Of a stretch of 64,000 nucleotides of DNA, positions 1 to 11,194 are shown piece by piece (the first letter of the stretch is position 1; each line of letters opens with the position of its first letter). Below the pieces are notes generated by a model. It was not told the DNA's origin, did not search any database, and saw nothing but the letters and a program-made list of their open reading frames with translations. Source of the stretch: a virus; the IMG/VR virus record IMGVR_UViG_3300032046_005540, positions 32,001 through 96,000 of that record; one strand, given 5' to 3'. A program made the position numbers and the translations under genes.

Positions 1-167
1 TTCCAAAAGATAAAATTACACTAAGTGTAGTTATTAATAGTAATGTGTTATTACTCATTTTTATTCTCCTTCTTTCTCTATTTCATATTACCTTCTAACT
101 CATAATCTAATTCAACTTCAATTTTGCATTTCATTTCTTTCTCCTTTTTGGTTTTTATCATTAATAT

Positions 168-199
168 ATTATACACAAAAAGAAGGAAAGAGGTGTCAC
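168..199 (-). promoter_or_regulatory. Repeated phage promoter: GTGTATAAT (-10) with GTGACA 20 bp upstream
   Basis: attatacac at 168-176 and tgtcac at 194-199; intergenic; the same arrangement recurs at 2182 and 58167. Confidence 0.65.
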
Positions 200-344
200 T
201 TATTTTTATATATTTTGCTTACCTCCTACGCCACGTTTATATTTTCGTTGCTCACATATCCGTTTTCTTTCTGATAAAAAAACAATTATACCTACAATAC
301 CTATAAAAAGTATAAACCCTCCTACCATTAAATCTTCTATTAAT

Positions 345-542
345 TTAACCATTTTTCTTTTCCTCCCACAATTCTAATTGTTCTTCATCACCAAACTCTT
401 TATTTAAAGAGTAACATATTTGTTTAGCTTCTCCTTCACTAAAACACATATTACTTGAAAAATAAAGGTCTCCAAACTTACAACGAATTTCAAATGGATA
501 ATTAGGATCGTTGTTTGTTTGAATAACTTCAAATTTAGTCAT
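345..542 (-). CDS. Hypothetical protein
   Basis: ORF track; co-oriented with neighbours. Confidence 0.55.
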   Translation of the reverse strand: MTKFEVIQTNNDPNYPFEIRCKFGDLYFSSNMCFSEGEAKQICYSLNKEFGDEEQLELWEEKKNG

Positions 543-901
543 TTATTTTCTTCTTTTATTCTTTAGTAGGTTCAAGAATATCTGCTGGAAAAGATAAAGG
601 GAAACTAATATAAACTTTACCTTCTTTTAAATTAACAAAGTCTATCCACGCTTTACATCCAGCAAACATTCCTTGCGTTATTTCAACTAACATATATTTT
701 TTACAATCTTCAATTTTCATATTTTCTACTTTCCTTTCAAAGGTCTTCTTTTTATTTTAGTTCCTGTAAAAAGATAACTTAAAACTTTCTCTCTTATCTT
801 TATTATACACTCCTCACAAAGCTTACGTGCTTCTATAACTTTAACTTTTTTGTTCTTTCCCAAACAACAAGTGCAATTACCAATTCTAATGTTACTCATT
901 T

Positions 902-1249
902 TTACCTTATAATATTTTTTACTTTTTGCCCATTAGCATAAAGCTCTTTTGGATATGCTTTCTTCCTTTCAATTTCTAATCCCCACAATGCTAATGCTTC
1001 GTCTTCTACCTTACGAAACATCCAACTGTGCCCACATCCTAATCCTGTTATATGATGACAAGCTTCATGCACTGCATAATAAATACGATAGTTTTCATCA
1101 TACTCTTCTAACCATTGGGGCAATGTAATATAACTACGTCCTGCGCTACCACAACTTCTAACTTTTATTTTTAAAACAATGTTACTTAAATCAATTCTAA
1201 AATGTTCTGCAGTGAGGTCTATTATAGTTCGATAGTCTTGGATAGTCAT
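902..1249 (-). CDS. Small zincin metallopeptidase-like protein (SprT/WLM-like)
   Basis: HEACH (HExxH) followed by GH..F. Confidence 0.6.
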   Translation of the reverse strand: MTIQDYRTIIDLTAEHFRIDLSNIVLKIKVRSCGSAGRSYITLPQWLEEYDENYRIYYAVHEACHHITGLGCGHSWMFRKVEDEALALWGLEIERKKAYPKELYANGQKVKNIIR

Positions 1250-1746
1250 TGTTTATCCTTTAATGTTTTTGCAAACTCTACTACTTTCTTTACTTGCTCT
1301 TCGTTTAAACTCCAAATGTTAACTTCAAAACAGTTACCGGATCCTTTTATATTTATATGTTCTGTATCTCCTTTAAGCTCGGTAATCAGGTTTTTGTTTT
1401 CTTCTCTTTCTTTATCTATTCTTTTTCGTTTAGCTTCAAACTCTAAAGCTAACTTCTTTACTTCTTCATACTTAGCTTTTATTTTGTCAAGATCTATTTC
1501 CCACCTTCTTTCACCTTTAATGAAAACAACCCTTACCCTTCGATGAACAGTTTTGTAATTTTCATCACAAGTTTCTATTGAAATACCTCCAAAAGTAGTA
1601 TGCCAATCCTTTGTTCGTAGCAAATCAAGCCTTACTCCTGTTACATCTGCTTTCTCTTCCCCACAGATGACTTTCGATATCTTCTCTACTACATCCCAAG
1701 GATGTTCTTTTACTTCTTCTGGAGTTAATTTCATTATGTTTGGCAT
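1246..1746 (-). CDS. Hypothetical protein
   Basis: ORF track; overlaps the next gene by 4 nt (ATGA coupling). Confidence 0.6.
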   Translation of the reverse strand: MPNIMKLTPEEVKEHPWDVVEKISKVICGEEKADVTGVRLDLLRTKDWHTTFGGISIETCDENYKTVHRRVRVVFIKGERRWEIDLDKIKAKYEEVKKLALEFEAKRKRIDKEREENKNLITELKGDTEHINIKGSGNCFEVNIWSLNEEQVKKVVEFAKTLKDKQ

Positions 1747-1954
1747 TGAAGGGCTCCTTTACTTATAATAAAGACTATCAGCTTTTTCTTCAACACATTT
1801 ACCATTTCTATAAACTTCTATTTTATAATGAGTGCTATTACATTTACCACACTCATAAGAACCTATTTCAAGCTCATCTCCTTCTTCAACTTCTATCTCC
1901 ATATTGTTGATCTTAATCTTCATTTCAACTTCTCCTTATTTCATTGTTCTCTAT

Positions 1955-1963
1955 ATTATACAC
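1955..1963 (-). promoter_or_regulatory. Promoter -10 element GTGTATAAT
   Basis: Intergenic copy upstream of an RBS and ATG near 1923. Confidence 0.55.
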
Positions 1964-2181
1964 AATTAAGTGACAAGAGGAGTTTTTTTTATTTACCACG
2001 GAAAGTCACCGGTGTTTTCTTTTGGAACATTTTGATCTTCATTCTGATCTACATCTTGTTTGGCTCTTTCTTTAATCTTATTCCAACAATCTTCACAATA
2101 TATTTTACCACCCACTGCTTCTTTTTTACATTCTGCTGATATACATTTCATTTAAACACTCCTTCTTTTATATTCTAATCT

Positions 2182-2213
2182 ATTATACACAGAAGAACAG
2201 AGGCTGGTGTCAC
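2182..2213 (-). promoter_or_regulatory. Promoter GTGACA-N20-TATAAT
   Basis: attatacac at 2182-2190, tgtcac at 2208-2213. Confidence 0.65.
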
Positions 2214-2443
2214 TTATTTAAACACTTTTGCCAATATAATGAACAAGGTCTTCTATTCGAATATTCTGGATCTTCCCAACCATCTTTTACCTTATAACCA
2301 TACTTTATCAACTGTTTACAGTTACAACAAAGTTTATATGCTTCTTTCGTTGATACCCCTAATTTCTTACCTATTTCCTTTGTGTTCAGAGTATCTCCTA
2401 AATTAAAAAGACTTAATAATTCTTTTTCTTTATTGTTCTTCAT
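2210..2443 (-). CDS. Small winged-HTH-like protein
   Basis: LNTKEIGKKLGVSTKEAY helix-turn-helix-like pattern. Confidence 0.45.
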   Translation of the reverse strand: MKNNKEKELLSLFNLGDTLNTKEIGKKLGVSTKEAYKLCCNCKQLIKYGYKVKDGWEDPEYSNRRPCSLYWQKCLNK

Positions 2444-2472
2444 TTAGTGCCTCTTCTTTTGCATTCTAATAT

Positions 2473-2481
2473 ATTATACAC
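2473..2481 (-). promoter_or_regulatory. Promoter -10 element GTGTATAAT
   Basis: 30 bp upstream of the 2443 start. Confidence 0.55.
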
Positions 2482-4058
2482 AGAAAAAATGAGTTAGTTG
2501 GAAATAATTTGTTTTTTCTGTTCTGAACATTTCTATTCAAAAAGTTTTCTTTCGTGCTCTAAAAAAATTTTGAAATAACTGTTTGGCCTTTCCTCCAGAT
2601 CCCCACCTAATTTTATCCAGTTTCTGTAGCTTTTACCCAAAATTATTTATACCTACAAAGCCACTATTACCAACACTTTCTCATTTGTCAACATAAATGT
2701 CAAATAAACCAATGACAAAAACTGTTACTTCTCTATATCTAAACTCTTTGAATCCAAACAAAGTTAACTACTAAATAAACCCATCTATATAAAAATAGGA
2801 CAAATTAATGTCCTAAGTCAAATTAGTATACAAAATTGTTCAAATCTATTCTTTTACTTTCTTTCTATCTCTTCTTTTCTATTCAAAGAAAATATATATT
2901 TAGAGAGATTGGAAAATATTTTATTTCCAATTAAGCATTTGATATTTTTCTAAAAGTTTATTAGTAGCTTCTTTCTCTCTTGTTTCCTCTTCTATTCGTA
3001 ACTTATTATACCTTTTATAACATTCAGCTATTCTCTTTTGTGCTCTTCTTTCTTCTTCTAACCATCCTTTGAGTGTTTTTTGAACTTTAGTTTGTTCTTT
3101 TATAATCTCCTTTATTGATCTCATTTGTTCTCCTTAACTATTTGTTTTCTTCTTTTATTGGAAAATATTTTGTTATTACATAAAGAAAGATTTTTCATTT
3201 AATCATCTAAAACCCATTTAAGAACTTCTTCTACACCATAAAGGGTGTTCAGAGTACTTTTATTATCCCATTCATTATCTTTTTCTTTAATTTTCACTTC
3301 TACTTTTTTTAACTCTTTTCTAATTTCTTCTTCTGTTTTCATTATTTATTTCTCCTTTTTTATATTACTTCTTTAATTACCATTACATTATCACTAAAAT
3401 TTTGTGTAACCTCTATAATTTTAATATCATCTAAAGTTTCTCCCTTCGCAATAGAATCAAAATATTTTTGAGCTAATTCCAGCACTTTAGGATATACTTT
3501 ATCAAAAGTTAGTTTTAATAATTTAGGATGAATTACTTCTTCTTCAACATAAAATTCAAATCCTAATTCTTCTAATTTCTTACAAAACTTACTCATTATT
3601 TCCTCCCTTATAATGGGCATATAAATCTCTGTTTTTACGACCAAATTTAGCATCATTTCTTGCTTGTTCTTTATACCCCCCATTCCAAGGCCAAGAATCA
3701 TAATCAGTTTTAAAACTCATTTTGGTCTCCTTTTAGTTTTCTTTGTTTCTTTTTTAACACAATCTGGATCTTTACACCACATTATTTTGTTTGATTTAAA
3801 TCCTCTCTCTTTCCCTGTTTTTATATTTAAAAGACCAAATCTACGAAAACAATATGGACAAATCATTTTTATTCTCCTTTTTCCACTCTTTCTCAGCTTG
3901 ACAAATTGCTGCGCGACTGTAATTTGTATCTAATATAAACATCATTATAAGTTGATTTATAGAAAGTATTTTATCCTCTTTAACCAAAGCGGTTAATTGT
4001 TTCTTAATAGTATCAACTTGATTTTTATAAGCTTCTGTCCCATATTCTGGTCCCATAA

Positions 4059-4493
4059 TTACTCCTTTTCTTCTCTATACTCATCTAAAACTCCACCTTT
4101 CTTTTCTGTAATAAATGACCTATAAACTATTTTTCCACCATAACCTTCTGGAAAAGCAACTGCCGGAGCTTTTGGATAAGTTGCATATTTTTTAAAAGTT
4201 ACAAGTCTTGTATCTTTTTTTGTTTTTACTGGAAATCTTTTTAACAACCATTTTGGAAAATATTGTTGTTTAAACATTTGCCACCAAGATTTGGGATATT
4301 TAAAACAAATTGTTTTTGTTCTATTTTCAACTTCTTCTGCTAATATGTGAGTAGAAAGTTGATAAACCAAAACATCAGCTACATCATTTTTCCAATTTTC
4401 TAATTTTAAATGCATTAAAGCATAACCAGATAAAACTCTTCGTGCAGTTTCTTTTAGTTGAGTTAATACAACTTCATTATATGAATTAGTCAT
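4059..4493 (-). CDS. Hypothetical phage protein
   Basis: ORF track; YPKSWWQMFK motif. Confidence 0.6.
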   Translation of the reverse strand: MTNSYNEVVLTQLKETARRVLSGYALMHLKLENWKNDVADVLVYQLSTHILAEEVENRTKTICFKYPKSWWQMFKQQYFPKWLLKRFPVKTKKDTRLVTFKKYATYPKAPAVAFPEGYGGKIVYRSFITEKKGGVLDEYREEKE

Positions 4494-5010
4494 TTTTCTC
4501 CTTTTCTTCTTTAGGTAACTTTATTTCAAAATGATTATACAAATGGCCATCTATAACTTGAATATTTACAGTAATTGTATAATCTCTATATCCGCTATTA
4601 TATAACAAATCATGCAATCTTTTAAACTCTCCATCTAACAAAAAATCGCATTGAATATACATTTCATGGCCACAAGAATTAACAGTATTAAATCCATTAT
4701 CTCTTAACAATTTCACTAAATCTCTAATAGGTTCTTCAATACATTCTATATACCAATCTACTTCAATCTTTTCGGGTTCTTTTTTAGGTTCTAAGATTTG
4801 TATTCCTTTTTTTATATAATCTTGAAATAGATATTTTTTAATTTTATTTAAATTCTTTACTGCTTCTTCGATAGTTTTTCCATCTCCACAAAAAGCTTTA
4901 TCTCCAAGTTGAAGAATACTTGCTATATATCCTCCTCCAGCATCTTTGGAAAGCTTTCTTATTTCTATAGGATATTTTAAATTTAAATAGTATTTAAGAT
5001 CTTTATTCAT
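4486..5010 (-). CDS. HicB-like antitoxin domain fused to a Tyw3-like (T..SC.GH) domain
   Basis: N-terminal YYLNLKYPIEI..GGGYIASI..GDGKTIEEA resembles HicB; C-terminal IEEPIRDLVKLLRDNGFNTVNSCGH. Confidence 0.6.
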   Translation of the reverse strand: MNKDLKYYLNLKYPIEIRKLSKDAGGGYIASILQLGDKAFCGDGKTIEEAVKNLNKIKKYLFQDYIKKGIQILEPKKEPEKIEVDWYIECIEEPIRDLVKLLRDNGFNTVNSCGHEMYIQCDFLLDGEFKRLHDLLYNSGYRDYTITVNIQVIDGHLYNHFEIKLPKEEKEKND

Positions 5011-5623
5011 TTTTTACTCCTTAGGTTTTTCATAAATTCTAGGAAATGAAAGACTCCCTTGCCAAAATTTTAAAGATTTAGTAAATAACTTCTTACTTAT
5101 TCTTATCCACCAGGGCAATTTAATTAAATGAACATTTTCATCTTTAAGAAGTAATCCCATTCGATGTATTTCACATAAACTCATTAATTCATCTCCTTCT
5201 TGAAGTCTTTCACATCTTTCATTTAATTTTACAACCGGAATAATTATCCACCAAGTAATCATTGCTATATATTGATTTAGCCAATATCTAAATCTCCAAT
5301 AACAAGTATTAGGTTTCAAAATTACTTTTAACCTTCTTGGATCAAATTTATACTCAATATAATAACTCATTTCTTCTCCTTCTTTCCTTCTTCCTCTTTT
5401 ATGTCTCGTTTAAAACTTTCCAAAAGAAAATCTAATTCTTTCCTAGTTAAATGAGCATCCTCACATTCTTTAAAAAATTTAATTACTTTACACTTTTTAA
5501 TATGGTTAGCATGAGCTTTTGTTAATTCATCTTTATCTAAACCTTCTATTTTCCAGCCACAAGCAACGCATTCACAAGAATATAAAACTAAAACATCTTT
5601 TCCATTTCTACGTTCAATACCCA

Positions 5624-5926
5624 TTATCTTACTTTCTTCTTTTTTGATTTTTGTTCCGTCGCAATTTTAATATTCTGTAATGTCATCATTTGAGAATGTT
5701 GTTTTTTCTTTTTGTTTCCTTTTACTATATCAAGAGCAACAAATAAAATTACTTCTTCTAACTCAAAATCTTTAATATGATTTACTTCTTTTACTTTACC
5801 TTCACCAATACCTATTTTTTCTTTCTCGCATACTTTGATTATATTATTTTCAAAATCAATACTTTGAACTCCATAAAACTTTTTTTCTTTCTTATGATAT
5901 ACAGAAAACGAAGTATAAGTAAGCAT
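5624..5926 (-). CDS. YopX-like protein (N-terminal part)
   Basis: YHKKEKKFYGVQSIDF...LEEVIL pattern. Confidence 0.35.
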   Translation of the reverse strand: MLTYTSFSVYHKKEKKFYGVQSIDFENNIIKVCEKEKIGIGEGKVKEVNHIKDFELEEVILFVALDIVKGNKKKKQHSQMMTLQNIKIATEQKSKKKKVR

Positions 5927-5929
5927 TTT

Positions 5930-6328
5930 TTATTCTCCTTTTTTATCTTTTTCTCCTATTATTCTAAGAGTATCCCTTTCATAATTTAACTCTTCAGATA
6001 ATCTAAATAACTCTCCAGTTTCTATTCCTATTTTATGTTTATCTTCTTCTTTAGGTACTTTTATTATTATTTTTGCGTAATATTGCCCAAGTATTTCTAT
6101 TTCTATAACAAAATGATTATATCCATTTTTAAGTAATAAGTCGTATAACCTTTTTATTTCCCCTTCCATTGAATATTCACAAATACAATTCATCTCATGC
6201 CCACAGGAACTACATGTTTCAAATCCATTATTACGTAATAATTTAACTAAAGGTTGAATTGGTTTTTCAATAAATGTCTCATACCATTCAGGAGTATCTT
6301 CAGGTATTCCATAATATTCTTTATTCAT
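5930..6328 (-). CDS. Tyw3-like domain protein (paralogue of the C-terminus of 4486..5010)
   Basis: IEKPIQPLVKLLRNNGFETCSSCGHEM. Confidence 0.55.
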   Translation of the reverse strand: MNKEYYGIPEDTPEWYETFIEKPIQPLVKLLRNNGFETCSSCGHEMNCICEYSMEGEIKRLYDLLLKNGYNHFVIEIEILGQYYAKIIIKVPKEEDKHKIGIETGELFRLSEELNYERDTLRIIGEKDKKGE

Positions 6329-6498
6329 TTTTTCACATTATCCTTTCCTTATATTACAGCTTTGATCTAATTCTCTTATTCCTCCAAAAGGGCAATAAAC
6401 TATTCCTTCCTTTTTATTTATATTTTCTAATGGAAGATGAGGACAGTTTTTACACATTCCTCTAAACAATGGTCTAAATTTTGAGACTTTTTCTTTCT

Positions 6499-7146
6499 TC
6501 ATAAATCCTTCTTTAAATATTTCTTCAAAAACTTTTTAATTATATTAACTGGAATTATAAAACAGATATGATCCACATCAATATTTTTTCCTGTAGTTCC
6601 AGTTTCACACGCAATTCCTATTAATTGATTATTTTTTACTAAATAAACACCACTTCCACTACTTCCATCTGTTACTGGAGAAGTTACAATCCATCTATTA
6701 TCTTCTTGTTCATTAACTCTTGAAACATATCCAGATGTTACAATTGGAGAATATCCTAAACTACATCCACATGCATATACTTTATTAAAAATATGAATAT
6801 CTGTTAATTTCCCAGAATAAAAACAAACACTTGAATGATTTGTATCTAAATAAAGTTTTAAAAGAGCAAGATCTAATTTTTTATTATATCCAACTATTTC
6901 TACATCTTTAATAACTTCTTCTTCAACTGCACACCAATTCCCATATCTAAAAAATGTTACTTTAATACTTTTACTTTCTATTGAACTCGAAATAACATGG
7001 TAATTGGTAAGAATATAAATTTCATACTGATCTTCTTTTTTCTTGGAAGAAATTACAACACCAGAACCATTAACTTTTTTAGTTCCTATCATTACTGAAG
7101 GATATAAAATATTATAATATAATCTTTTAGTTCTTTCACTGATCAC
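6499..7146 (-). CDS. Trypsin-like (HtrA/S1-type) serine protease
   Basis: GSGVVI, LTNYHV (His), DLAL (Asp), GSSGSG (Ser). Confidence 0.85.
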   Translation of the reverse strand: MISERTKRLYYNILYPSVMIGTKKVNGSGVVISSKKKEDQYEIYILTNYHVISSSIESKSIKVTFFRYGNWCAVEEEVIKDVEIVGYNKKLDLALLKLYLDTNHSSVCFYSGKLTDIHIFNKVYACGCSLGYSPIVTSGYVSRVNEQEDNRWIVTSPVTDGSSGSGVYLVKNNQLIGIACETGTTGKNIDVDHICFIIPVNIIKKFLKKYLKKDL

Positions 7147-7785
7147 AAGTATCCTCTTTTTTATTTATTTTTATATATGGGAATGTTTTTTCTTCTTTGC
7201 TTTCTTTAAAAAATCCTTTTGTTAATTTTTCAACTAATTCTACAATTTTAGCATCTTCATTACTTATTTTTTCATCGTTCAATATCACTTTTTTAAGAGC
7301 TCTTATAGAAACTCCTTCTTGTATTAAAGAATAAAATAAATTTTTTACCCTATCTTCCACATCTCTTGAAATTTCACCAAGTAATTTAAATTGTTCTTTA
7401 AAACATTCTTCCCTTATTTTACTTTCTAATTCTTGTTCTGGAGTTGGAAACATTGACATATTTTCTCCTTATTCTTTAGATAAAATTCCAGTTCCTTTAC
7501 ATAATTCGCATGGATATCTTCTATAACGAATATATGGATTGTTTATAGCAATATAATAAAATCCTTTTCCGTGGCAATTTGAACATTTATTTTTCAACTT
7601 ATCTACTTCAACTTTAAACTGAGACATTTTTTTCCTCTATTGGAGATAATATAAAAGCTCTTTCCTTTTGATGTTTAAATCTATTTGTTGCTCTTTTTCT
7701 TTGGTCTTTTTTCCTTCTTCTTTTCTCTGATTTTACATGAGAGCTAAAGTGACTCATTTTTTATCCTCCACAATTTGAAAATCTT

Positions 7786-8229
7786 TTAAAAATATTTGTT
7801 TAAAATTTTTTCTACTTTCCAATATCGTTTTTTAATTTTAGAAATAAAAAGAAACATTTCAGTATCAAACTCTTGAGGAGTATAACAAAAACAATCAAAA
7901 AATATATCTTCGTCAAGATCTCCATAATAGTTTAATAAATCTTCATTCTTTGGAGGAACAGATGGAATACCTCCAATATTAAAAATAAAAGTATCTATAT
8001 ATTTTCTCCGTTCATTTTCATCTTTACCTTTAAAATCATCAGATATTACAGCAATATCAATATCTCCCCACTCCGCAAACTTTCGCTTTTTAAGATTAAG
8101 AAATGAACCAAATAAATAAATTTTTTCTATTTTCATGTTTAATAGCAATACCTCACGAAATTTAAAAATTTTGTCTATTGCTTTTAAATTTTTTCGTTTA
8201 GTTTCTGATGTAAGTAAATATGGTTTCAT
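7786..8229 (-). CDS. Minimal nucleotidyltransferase (MNT, Pol-beta fold)
   Basis: IYLFGSF...GDIDIAVISDDF. Confidence 0.8.
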   Translation of the reverse strand: MKPYLLTSETKRKNLKAIDKIFKFREVLLLNMKIEKIYLFGSFLNLKKRKFAEWGDIDIAVISDDFKGKDENERRKYIDTFIFNIGGIPSVPPKNEDLLNYYGDLDEDIFFDCFCYTPQEFDTEMFLFISKIKKRYWKVEKILNKYF

Positions 8230-8234
8230 TATAT

Positions 8235-8243
8235 ATTATACAC
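8235..8243 (-). promoter_or_regulatory. Promoter -10 element 5 bp upstream of the MNT start codon (probable leaderless mRNA)
   Basis: GTGTATAAT at 8243-8235; ATG at 8229; no SD in between. Confidence 0.5.
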
Positions 8244-8245
8244 TA

Positions 8246-8986
8246 TTATTCTTTCAAAAGAGTATTTAAAGATTCATAATTCGTTTTTATTTTGTTTGAG
8301 TAAACTTCTGCGTTTCCAGACCCATTATATAATTTAGCAAATGTTAAAAAGTCTTTATTTTGTAAAGCAAAACACATTTTAGTTCCTATACCTATAAAAT
8401 CAAACAATCCTATAATTTGAGATCTTAATTCTGTAGAAAAAACATCAAACATTTCTCTTTCTGATTTGTATCCAATCCTTTCAAAATTAAATCCCATTAT
8501 TTGAGGCATTCCCATACTTATAGAATCTATTGCAGCTTTTTCATTTAGATCTCGTGCAAATTTAAAAACTTCCCACTCTCCTCCCTGCCCCTGTTTGTGA
8601 AAATCTTTCCACAAATCATCTCCAAGTTTTCCTCGAAATAAATGGTTTGTCCAAGGCTTTTTCTTATCATAAGCAAAATGATCATTAAATAAAAATTCGT
8701 GACTTTTCCCCCAATACTTCCAAAATATATGATTTTCAAATCGAATAATCACTCTACAATCTTCAAAACCTTTTCCACTTGATTCAACACACAAAACTGA
8801 AGCAGCAATTGCAGGTTCTATATTAAGAGTTTTGCTCAAAACTTCTAACAACCCCCCATAATTATTCCATATTTTTGCAACAGAACTATTATCGTCTATT
8901 TTCTTTGTAGGAGGTAAACAAACATTTTGTAATTGAGAATTATTTTTTAAGAATTTTTGCATTTTACCTTCTTTCTTTATTTTCAT
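8246..8986 (-). CDS. N-acetylmuramidase (DUF3380-type) endolysin
   Basis: VESSGKG, IRFENHIF, SMGMPQIMGFN, FAKLYNG. Confidence 0.85.
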   Translation of the reverse strand: MKIKKEGKMQKFLKNNSQLQNVCLPPTKKIDDNSSVAKIWNNYGGLLEVLSKTLNIEPAIAASVLCVESSGKGFEDCRVIIRFENHIFWKYWGKSHEFLFNDHFAYDKKKPWTNHLFRGKLGDDLWKDFHKQGQGGEWEVFKFARDLNEKAAIDSISMGMPQIMGFNFERIGYKSEREMFDVFSTELRSQIIGLFDFIGIGTKMCFALQNKDFLTFAKLYNGSGNAEVYSNKIKTNYESLNTLLKE

Positions 8987-9152
8987 TTATAACAGTAACT
9001 GCTCCATTCATTAAAAGCTTCCAACAACCCCAAGCCCGATTTATGGAAAGAATAACCTCTTCAAGATACTTAATATATTCTGCATAACCCACTTCTTTTT
9101 CATTTATATAATAACCCATTTTAACTCCTAATTTTACCTAATTAGTTTTCTT

Positions 9153-9503
9153 TTAGTTCCTTTTTATATACAAAATTAAATCTGTAATTTTACAATTAAA
9201 TGACAATTCTTTTTTAAATAAAAATGTAGTATATCCTAAATCCTTAAAAATATATGTTTTACAAGGAATTAAAGTATTTGGAACTAATAGTCCTATATCA
9301 TTTACAATACAACAATCATATTCTACAATTTTTGCAGAATCAAATTCAGTAGTATAAGCTTTTACTTTAATAAAAGGTAATTCATCTCCTAAATACTTCC
9401 ATTCACAAGGAATTTGAATCCATTCTGGTTTTTGTAGGTTAATACTTTTAGAACAAGAACAAACTAAAAATACCAATAACAATAATACAATTACTTTTTT
9501 CAT
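9153..9503 (-). CDS. Lipoprotein
   Basis: MKK plus hydrophobic core plus LVCSC lipobox-like signal. Confidence 0.6.
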   Translation of the reverse strand: MKKVIVLLLLVFLVCSCSKSINLQKPEWIQIPCEWKYLGDELPFIKVKAYTTEFDSAKIVEYDCCIVNDIGLLVPNTLIPCKTYIFKDLGYTTFLFKKELSFNCKITDLILYIKRN

Positions 9504-10069
9504 TTCCTTCTCCTTTAAATTGTTAAAAATTTTACCAATATTTAACTTTCTTTTTCTGCATTTTCTGAAACCTTTTTATAAGACTAAATATCTGTGATTC
9601 TTTAGATTTACAATCTTCACACCACATTTCTCTTGGAATTCCTTCTTCACATTCATAAATTCTATATGTTAATTGTAAAATAACTATTCTTTGCAGTGAA
9701 TTTAAATCAGAAGTGTCATAAAAACCAACAATAGGAGATTCTAACATTTTCTTTAATTTTTCAATAGCACATTGTTTCCTACACCTTGTTTCTTCTTGTA
9801 ATTCTTTTCGGGCGTCAAGTTTGTTTAAAAAATCATCTTTCTTTTCATCGTTTTCAAACATTTTCTACCCTAAAAATAAGTTTTAAGGAGACTCCCACCC
9901 AATAATTTGTTTACACTTATGACAAATTATAGCACAATATTTACGTTTTAGTCCAATAAAAAACCATCTTTTACTACGCTGCACTAATCCTCGCATAAAT
10001 TCAGGAAAAAGTTCTCCACATTTTGGGCATTCTTCTTTTGCATATGGTTTTCTTTGTAATAGTTCATAT

Positions 10070-10369
10070 TCATTCAGCATCTTCTATTCCTTGTGAGGGT
10101 CTTGGAAGTTTTGAAGAATCATTTTTTTGTGTTCCATTATCTTGAGAATTATATTTCGTTCCAATAAATACTTTTCCAATACTATAAGCAAGTAAACAAG
10201 TAATTAAACCTATTGTATTACTAGAAAGATCACCAGTCAAATATAATTGTCTCATAGAAATTACAAAAGTAATCCAAAATGCAACCCTTCCCATCGAAAC
10301 TTTTCCTTTTGAATCCTCTATCAAACATCTAAAATAATTGGTAAGTTTATTCATTGTTTTCCTTTTCAT
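10070..10369 (-). CDS. Holin-like membrane protein
   Basis: GKVSMGRVAFW followed by two TM segments and a charged tail; near the endolysin. Confidence 0.5.
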   Translation of the reverse strand: MKRKTMNKLTNYFRCLIEDSKGKVSMGRVAFWITFVISMRQLYLTGDLSSNTIGLITCLLAYSIGKVFIGTKYNSQDNGTQKNDSSKLPRPSQGIEDAE

Positions 10370-10591
10370 TCATTGGACAAATAACACCTTCATCATGGCA
10401 TTTTTCAAGCAATTTAAAAAAAGGTTGCTTAACTATAGCTTCAAATTTAGTTTTATTAACTATTTTTACATTATATTCTTCTTCCAAAAGAGTAATTAAT
10501 CCTTCATTCCCACCCCCAGAATCAAAAAATAAACAATCAAAACATTTTCCATATTCATCTTCATATTCCATACACATATATTTTTCCTCCT

Positions 10592-11194
10592 CTAAAAAAC
10601 TCCAAAACTATGTTGGTAATAAAGTCCCCAACTATTTTCTTTTAAAAATACTCCTAATATATTGTTTTTATACTGAATTCCAGGAAGTAAAAAAGGACCT
10701 TGTTCCTTTGAATATCCAAAACCCAAGTTCAACTTAAAATTCTTTTCTTTTCGTAAAGGAGTATAATTATCCCAATCAACAGAATACTTAATTCCAAGAT
10801 CTGGTTCAGTTCTTAAGTTGAAACCTTTACGAATATCATATTTATCTTTAATTTCAAGGAACAACTTCAAACTTCTATATTTAATATCAAATGTAAATTC
10901 TTCAGTTTGACTATTTGCCCAAACACCTAAATGAAAAAGAGGTTGATCGAATTCTCCGAAAAACCTTTTATACATATAAACAGTATCTCCATGAACCACT
11001 TTTATGTTTTCAATAGTATCAGATGATACTACAAACGAAGTATCTTTTTGAACTATTTCTATTTTAATAGTATCTGGAGGAGCTTTTGCATCTATAACTT
11101 TTTGTAAGTGAGAAACTTTAGCTTGGTAATAAACAAATACTCCAAATGCTAAAACAATTAAAAAAAGTATAAAGTAATTTTTTATTTTTGACAT
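10592..11194 (-). CDS. Membrane-anchored protein with C-terminal amphipathic beta-strands (spanin/OM-like)
   Basis: N-terminal TM; C-terminal KLNLGFGY...WGLYYQHSFGVF ending in Phe. Confidence 0.4.
   Translation of the reverse strand: MSKIKNYFILFLIVLAFGVFVYYQAKVSHLQKVIDAKAPPDTIKIEIVQKDTSFVVSSDTIENIKVVHGDTVYMYKRFFGEFDQPLFHLGVWANSQTEEFTFDIKYRSLKLFLEIKDKYDIRKGFNLRTEPDLGIKYSVDWDNYTPLRKEKNFKLNLGFGYSKEQGPFLLPGIQYKNNILGVFLKENSWGLYYQHSFGVF

Noticed and set aside
802-810. Promoter copies at 802 and 63905
   Set aside because: Both lie inside coding sequence (CEECIIK of a small ORF; TIVYNH of the dUTPase) and are probably coincidental.
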